Shown piece after piece: positions 62,000 to 64,000 of a stretch of DNA of 64,000 nt. Location: contig NC_058132.1 of assembly GCF_016433145.1 (NCBI RefSeq), forward strand, positions 89,677,158 through 89,741,157, written 5' to 3'. Origin of the DNA: Gracilinanus agilis. Lineage: Eukaryota. The position numbers and the translations under genes are program-made. Below the pieces are notes generated by a model. It had not been told where the DNA came from and did not search any database. It saw only the letters and a program-made list of their open reading frames with translations. Position 1 is the first letter of the stretch. Every line of letters begins with the position of its first letter.

Positions 62000-62720
62000 G
62001 GCCACTAGGTGGCACATTTGATGGAGTCAGAAAGACTTGTGTTCCTGAGTTCAAATCTGACATCAGCCACTTACTAGCTGTGTGATTCTGGGAAAACCAC
62101 TTAACCTTGTTTGCCTTGATTTCCTCATGTGTAAGGTGATTTGGAGAAGGAAATGGCAAACCACTTTAATATCATTGCCCAGAAAACCCCAAAGATCCAG
62201 ACATGTCTGAAATCACTGAACAACAACAATTGTCATTTTACATGTGAAGAAATTGGAACTCAAAGGAGGGAATTGCTTTCCCCAAGATTACACAGATCAT
62301 GAGTGTTTTTTTTAAAACCCTTGTACTTCGGTGTATTGTCTCATAGGTGGAAGATTGGTAAGGGTGGGCAATGGGGCTCAAGTGACTTGCCCAGGGTCAC
62401 ACAGCTGGGAAGTGCCTGAGGTCAGATTTGAACCTAGGACCTCCTGTCTCTAGGCCTGACTCTCACTCCACTGAGCTACCCAGCTGCCCCCCATGAGTGT
62501 TTTTTGTTGTGGAGTTGTTTCAGTTGGGTCTGACTCTTCTTGGTCTCAGTTCAGGGTTTTCTTGGCAAAGATGCTCCAGAGTGATTTACCATTTTCTTAT
62601 CCAGTTCATTTTATAGATAATGAAACTGAGGCAAACAGGGTTAAGTGACTTATCCAGACTAAGTGACTTACATAGCTAGTGTCTCGGCCAGGTTTGAACT
62701 CAGGAAGATGAGTCTTTCTG
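62000..62720. mobile_element. Two MAR1 SINEs tail-to-tail (+ ~62000-62230, - ~62505-62720) around a MIR remnant carrying the young SINE1
   Basis: MAR1 heads, CORE and tails are visible on opposite strands. Confidence 0.82.
62312..62491 (-). mobile_element. SINE1_Mdo-type SINE, 14-bp TSD
   Basis: TSD catgagtgtttttt at 62298-62311 and 62492-62505. Confidence 0.95.
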
Positions 62721-64000
62721 GCTCTAGGCTTGTTCAGTGTTATAAGTAGTAGAGTCAGGTTTTAGACTGAATTTTGTGCCAAGGGCATGCTTATAATTAT
62801 TTAATAACTAAATAAGAAATCTCCTATGGAAAAAATAAACACAGAAACAAAAAAGAAAATATGCCTGTGGGACACTTTTACATTTAACCTGCATTATTAT
62901 AATATTACCCATCATGTTCTTAAAACTTGACCATAGGAAAAATAGCAAGTCATGCCTTCATTTATTCTGTTTGTCAGTTTCTGAGGTATAAATGCTTACA
63001 ACATAAATTTAACAATTGTTTTCAACTGAGCCCTAGACAAAGAATGAGAAGACTCTTCTCATTTCTTTCTTCAGAGAACCTATTAAAAATCAGTAAAACA
63101 TTGCTAATTACACCAAAATCCATTCACACACACACCAGTTACTAGACAGTGATCTGGGCAGCTGTTGTTTTTTGCCCCAAGGGTAGAAGAAAAGTTAAAA
63201 TGAACTAGACACCAAAACATGGGTCATAAGGAATCTGCTAATTGCTTCTTAACTTTGTTCCCTGTTTGATCATTATCTTTTAGATCTGTACCTGGATGAG
63301 AGATAGTAGGAGTCACTGAGAGTGACAATGTATTGCCACAACATGCTTACTCTAGATCAAATCATCATTCTGAAAAATCATTTTCATTTCCATTTCTCCA
63401 ATTACCAATGATCTCTACTTGATTTCACAATTGCTTCCAACCAATCTTGCCACCCTCTTCTCCTAGTACTTCATAACATAACATATTTAGGTTCCAACTG
63501 TCATGGGCTGAAATGTCCCACAAAATTTCCCAAGAAGCTGTAAACAATCAAAAGAACATAGAAACAATAACTAATAGACTAGTATGGGGATACCTTTCAG
63601 ATAAGATATATGAGTTGTTTAGATTCACAATTATGAGAAAACTCCTGGCACATCAATCTTTAGCTATAAACTAAGTCCTGGTTGAGAGTCTCTGGACAGC
63701 AAATAGAGGTGTTTCAATTTCCCATTCACACAGGACTAGATTCAAACAATGCTCAGTTTCCACACTCAATGCCTTTTTTAAAGTCTTCACAGAAAAGAGC
63801 AAAATTTGACCTAAAATTGCGCCAGGCATTTAACATATCATTAGCATCCCATTTATATTATGGTTTGTTCCCCTCCAGTGGCAAACAGAGTAAATCTAAA
63901 TTGTGGGTAAAGCGAGGGAGATCAAAGAGGATCATTAATAAAGTGACCTCAGTTCCTTGGAGACACAGGGCAACAACTGCACAAACAACCTCTTTCTTAG

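Noticed and set aside
1-64000. CRISPR arrays, rRNA, prokaryotic operons or defence systems
   Set aside because: None were seen. The recurring 30-40 bp motifs are dispersed SINE CORE sequences, not spaced arrays, and the DNA is mammalian.

Overview
AT-rich, CpG-poor marsupial genomic DNA. The SINE1_Mdo-type SINEs, MAR1 SINEs and marsupial L1s point to the opossum Monodelphis domestica (inferred from repeat content). The window is part of the class I olfactory receptor (OR51) cluster. It holds an OR51A-family pseudogene (765-1638, +), an intact OR51A2/A4-like gene (11684-12619, +), and OR51A7 (+), OR51G2 (-) and OR51G1 (-) orthologue candidates in the order and orientation I recall for human 11p15.4. 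Intergenic DNA is mostly L1, L2/L3(CR1), MIR/MAR1, young SINEs with target-site duplications (TSDs), solo LTRs, and six hAT MITEs from four families, one of them OposCharlie1-like. The most unusual area is 41.4-46.3 kb, between OR51G2 and OR51G1. It is a decayed endogenous-retrovirus region with two different envelope SU remnants in convergent orientation (CWVC-type on +, MLV-like RBD/PRR/CWLC-type on -), possible gag remnants, and an inverted L1 pair. Several O/E(EBF) plus homeodomain motif clusters are candidate OR promoters or enhancers. I found no convincing wholly new biological system. All family assignments come from recalled sequences and manual translation, not database searches, and repeat boundaries are approximate.
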